Shown here piece by piece: positions 17,626 through 20,000 of a stretch of 20,000 nucleotides of DNA. How positions within the stretch are numbered: position 1 is the first letter of the stretch; each line of letters opens with the position of its first letter. Source of the DNA: an uncultured virus (IMG/VR IMGVR_UViG_3300038312_000396) (taxonomy: Duplodnaviria > Heunggongvirae > Uroviricota > Caudoviricetes); IMG/VR virus record IMGVR_UViG_3300038312_000396. One strand, written 5' to 3'. The position numbers and the translations under genes are program-made. A model generated the notes under the pieces. It did not search any database and was not told where the DNA came from. It saw only the letters and a list, made by a program, of their open reading frames with translations.

Positions 17626-17656
17626 ACTTTATATTATTTAATTTAAAGTCGATAGT

Positions 17657-18481
17657 TTATTCAGCACTAACTTTAATGTCTATGTTGAATTTACCGTCAA
17701 TCATATCTAGCACCGCAAGTACATACTCCAAGCACGAATCTTTATCGGAAGAAGTTATGCTGAATGAAACATTATCAAACTGACTAATTTTAGATTTTCC
17801 AGTCGTACTATTTACTGGCGTATCTCTTTTTTCCTCAATAGGCGTAATAGGGGCTGTATCTTTTTCAATGAAAGCTTCTTTTTGAGGTAAAACTTCTTTT
17901 TTAATGTCGGTTTTCCCCGCCGATCTAAGTCCCTCAAATGCTCCATACTCCGCTAACTTCGTTTGAACATCCTCGTTTTCAATGTCAATGTTCGCTCTCT
18001 TCGCCCACGATACAATAGTGTTTGGCTGATACATGTATATAAGTCCTCTTTCTGTTTTACGCCTTGCCAAGGAAAGTAAATCAACTATTTGTTGCTTTTT
18101 TACTCCCCAGTGAGCCGCATAGAGATTTATATTTTGCCGTATCTCTTGATTGTAAATAAACTTAATTGTAGCAACTGGCAGGAAACGAAGTTCATCCCAA
18201 TTTAAGAGATTTAAAACTTCCTTAATTTTTATCCCTCTGTCTGTTAAATGGGGTTTAAGTTTATACAATACTAACCCCAATTCCTCTGCTTGTAAATAGT
18301 CTCTCATGTTATACACCTCAACTTTACTTGGTTTAGTATATTCTCTGAGTGCCTTACCGCTTAAATAACTAGACGGCGTTTTAAGGGTGTGTATATACCT
18401 ATTAGTGCGCATACCCCTTACACCGCTTGCTGTCCTTTTCTTTTCCCTAACTTCCTGCTCAAATAATTTCCGTACAGTCAA
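17657..18481 (-). CDS. Hypothetical protein with basic N-terminus, possibly nucleic-acid binding
   Basis: TTG start after AGGGGTGGTG. The N-terminal LFEQEVREKKRTASG...KTP..Y...VEVYNM pattern recalls uncharacterised Firmicutes phage/plasmid proteins (from memory, unverified). Confidence 0.7.
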   Translation of the reverse strand: MTVRKLFEQEVREKKRTASGVRGMRTNRYIHTLKTPSSYLSGKALREYTKPSKVEVYNMRDYLQAEELGLVLYKLKPHLTDRGIKIKEVLNLLNWDELRFLPVATIKFIYNQEIRQNINLYAAHWGVKKQQIVDLLSLARRKTERGLIYMYQPNTIVSWAKRANIDIENEDVQTKLAEYGAFEGLRSAGKTDIKKEVLPQKEAFIEKDTAPITPIEEKRDTPVNSTTGKSKISQFDNVSFSITSSDKDSCLEYVLAVLDMIDGKFNIDIKVSAE

Positions 18482-18526
18482 CTTTTCACCACCCCTTTTT
18501 AACCTATTACAGCCTAAGTGTGAAAA

Positions 18527-19435
18527 TTACCACCTGTCGTATTTCACCCATCTAATTAAATATCTATTCAATAAATACGCAAGAAGCTCTGAAATTATTT
18601 CTTTTGCCTTACACACCGGACACTTCCTCTGTAATAAACTTATATACGTGTCGTGAGCGTATTTAATACATTCATGTATACTTTCAATTTCTGTTAAGTT
18701 AACTACAGTTACACTTTCTTTACGATTCTCAAAATAACTCTGTACCTTTTGCATTATATTCTCTGTGTTACTTATCTCAATAATGTCGACAAAGCTATCC
18801 CATCCAGGATTAACCCTATATTCAACTCTATATGCTTTAGTCTTATCTCTTGTAGCTTTTTTATACCTTTGGTCTTCTTCCTCAAATTGTGCTTCTAACT
18901 CTACAGGCGTGTCAAATTCACCAAACACTTCATTACTGTCCAGTGCTTTAAAAACATCGTTTTCACCAGTAGAGCATACACCCTTACTTGCACACTCTGT
19001 AGTCTCTTTTTTATTATTTTTCCATATAGGGAAATAGTTATCTACAACGTGCATATGTAAATCCTCGTATACTTGTTGCGCCCGTTCCTTTGAACAGCCC
19101 CATATTATCATGTGTTGTTGCTGCATCTCAAACATACAATCGAGATACGTATCTATATTCGTTATCTCTACAACTTTAAATATTTCGGTCAACTTATCTT
19201 TACCTAAGTTTCCATCCAAATCTTTATATGCGTTCGTTAATATGTTAACTGCCCCATCTTTACTGTAAGCCTCATATATTTCAACATTAACAAGATCGCT
19301 TTTGTTATCCTTGTACTCTAATCTGTACAACCTAAGAGGCTGTCCCTTATAATATTCCTTTAATTTTTCATCTTCTTCCATGAACTTCATAAGCTTTTTC
19401 CAGTAGTACCCCTTGGATTTGTTGTTGTCACTCAT
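18527..19435 (-). CDS. Hypothetical protein with two diverged internal repeat domains
   Basis: RBS GAGGT. YRLEYK...KVVEITNIDTYLDC...GCSKERAQQVYEDL aligns with YRVEYR...TVVNLTEIESIHEC...KCPVCKAKEIISEL. Confidence 0.75.
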   Translation of the reverse strand: MSDNNKSKGYYWKKLMKFMEEDEKLKEYYKGQPLRLYRLEYKDNKSDLVNVEIYEAYSKDGAVNILTNAYKDLDGNLGKDKLTEIFKVVEITNIDTYLDCMFEMQQQHMIIWGCSKERAQQVYEDLHMHVVDNYFPIWKNNKKETTECASKGVCSTGENDVFKALDSNEVFGEFDTPVELEAQFEEEDQRYKKATRDKTKAYRVEYRVNPGWDSFVDIIEISNTENIMQKVQSYFENRKESVTVVNLTEIESIHECIKYAHDTYISLLQRKCPVCKAKEIISELLAYLLNRYLIRWVKYDRW

Positions 19436-19670
19436 AAATATGACCTCACTTCCACATTAAATTGATTCGAATGATTTCCTATATCCTTTGTAACTAATCT
19501 TGTGATCTGTAACCCCACATACACACGTTATTAACAATGTGACCCTTTAACTCCTCATCTTGTGGCACTCTTTCACCTATTTAGTTTACATGACTTACTC
19601 CCATTTGTTGAGATTCAACGAAATAGCATTTTCATTAAATGAGTTTCACTAATATTATACTTATATGGAA

Positions 19671-19721
19671 TAAAAAAATCACCCTGTACTCTATTCCTTA
19701 CATAGTCCAAAGTGATTTTTT
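19671..19721 (-). terminator. Probable intrinsic terminator
   Basis: Minus strand AAAAAATCACTTTG...CAGGGTGATTTTTTT, a stem with G-U pairs and a T7 tail. Confidence 0.6.
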
Positions 19722-19775
19722 CGTGTCTAATTTATTTTTTGCAATTTAATATTGAAGTATTTTTAAGTCAATAAA

Positions 19776-20000
19776 TTATTGAAACAAATTCACCTGCAAG
19801 TGGACAGTGTTTGAATAGGCATACCAAACACCTTTTGTCTCTAAATCTTTCTGTAACTCTAAACGCCCAAGTCCGCTATCTTTAGCAAATTTATTGACCG
19901 CATGATCTACTCTTTTTGCAAATATTCTGGTTATATACTTAAATCTACCATTAGTTATGTCGTACACATCATACATGTGTTCTACCGTTCTTTTTTGCAT
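19776..20000 (-). CDS. Hypothetical protein (may extend beyond the window)
   Basis: Open frame of 74 aa reaching the window edge, followed by a terminator. Confidence 0.6.
   Translation of the reverse strand: MQKRTVEHMYDVYDITNGRFKYITRIFAKRVDHAVNKFAKDSGLGRLELQKDLETKGVWYAYSNTVHLQVNLFQ

Noticed and set aside
779..19037. All plus-strand ORFs in the track (60-120 aa)
   Set aside because: They are essentially antisense shadows of well-supported minus-strand genes, with no recognisable motifs and Ser/Phe/Leu-rich shadow composition.
19436..19670. Known riboswitch (c-di-AMP/SAM-like fragments such as GTTGAATC and TGGGGTTA)
   Set aside because: Only isolated short matches; the remaining conserved elements and pairings could not be found.
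1..20000. Alternative genetic code, CRISPR array, tRNA/rRNA, IS elements
   Set aside because: TAA, TAG and TGA all terminate full-length genes. No regularly spaced repeats, cloverleafs or transposase motifs were seen.
1..20000. Apparent scarcity of GGCC (restriction-site avoidance)
   Set aside because: An impression only; it cannot be counted reliably by eye and needs k-mer statistics.

Overview
AT-rich window in which every credible gene is on the minus strand, preceded by strong Firmicutes-type RBSs (GGGGTG/AGGTGG/GGGGAG) and punctuated by intrinsic terminators. It is a DNA replication/repair module that looks like a large (jumbo) phage or megaplasmid of a Clostridia-like host; this is inference, since no structural or conjugation genes are present. 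In transcription order it encodes small hypotheticals, a YgjV-like membrane protein, type IIA topoisomerase B and A subunits separated by a beta-rich ORF, a divergent DnaB-like helicase, a stand-alone primase CHC2 zinc-binding-domain protein and a RuvC-like resolvase. It then encodes an NAD-dependent DNA ligase split into two genes: Ia/adenylation/OB at 4873-6153 and Zn-finger/HhH/BRCT at 2086-2964. The halves are separated by a putative H-Y-E ADP-ribosyltransferase-like gene and a ParB/Srx-HNH fusion gene, and are followed by an orphan amino-methyltransferase. This ligase-N / ART / ParB-HNH / ligase-C / MTase block, with its atypical ligase active-site residues, is the best candidate for an undescribed system.
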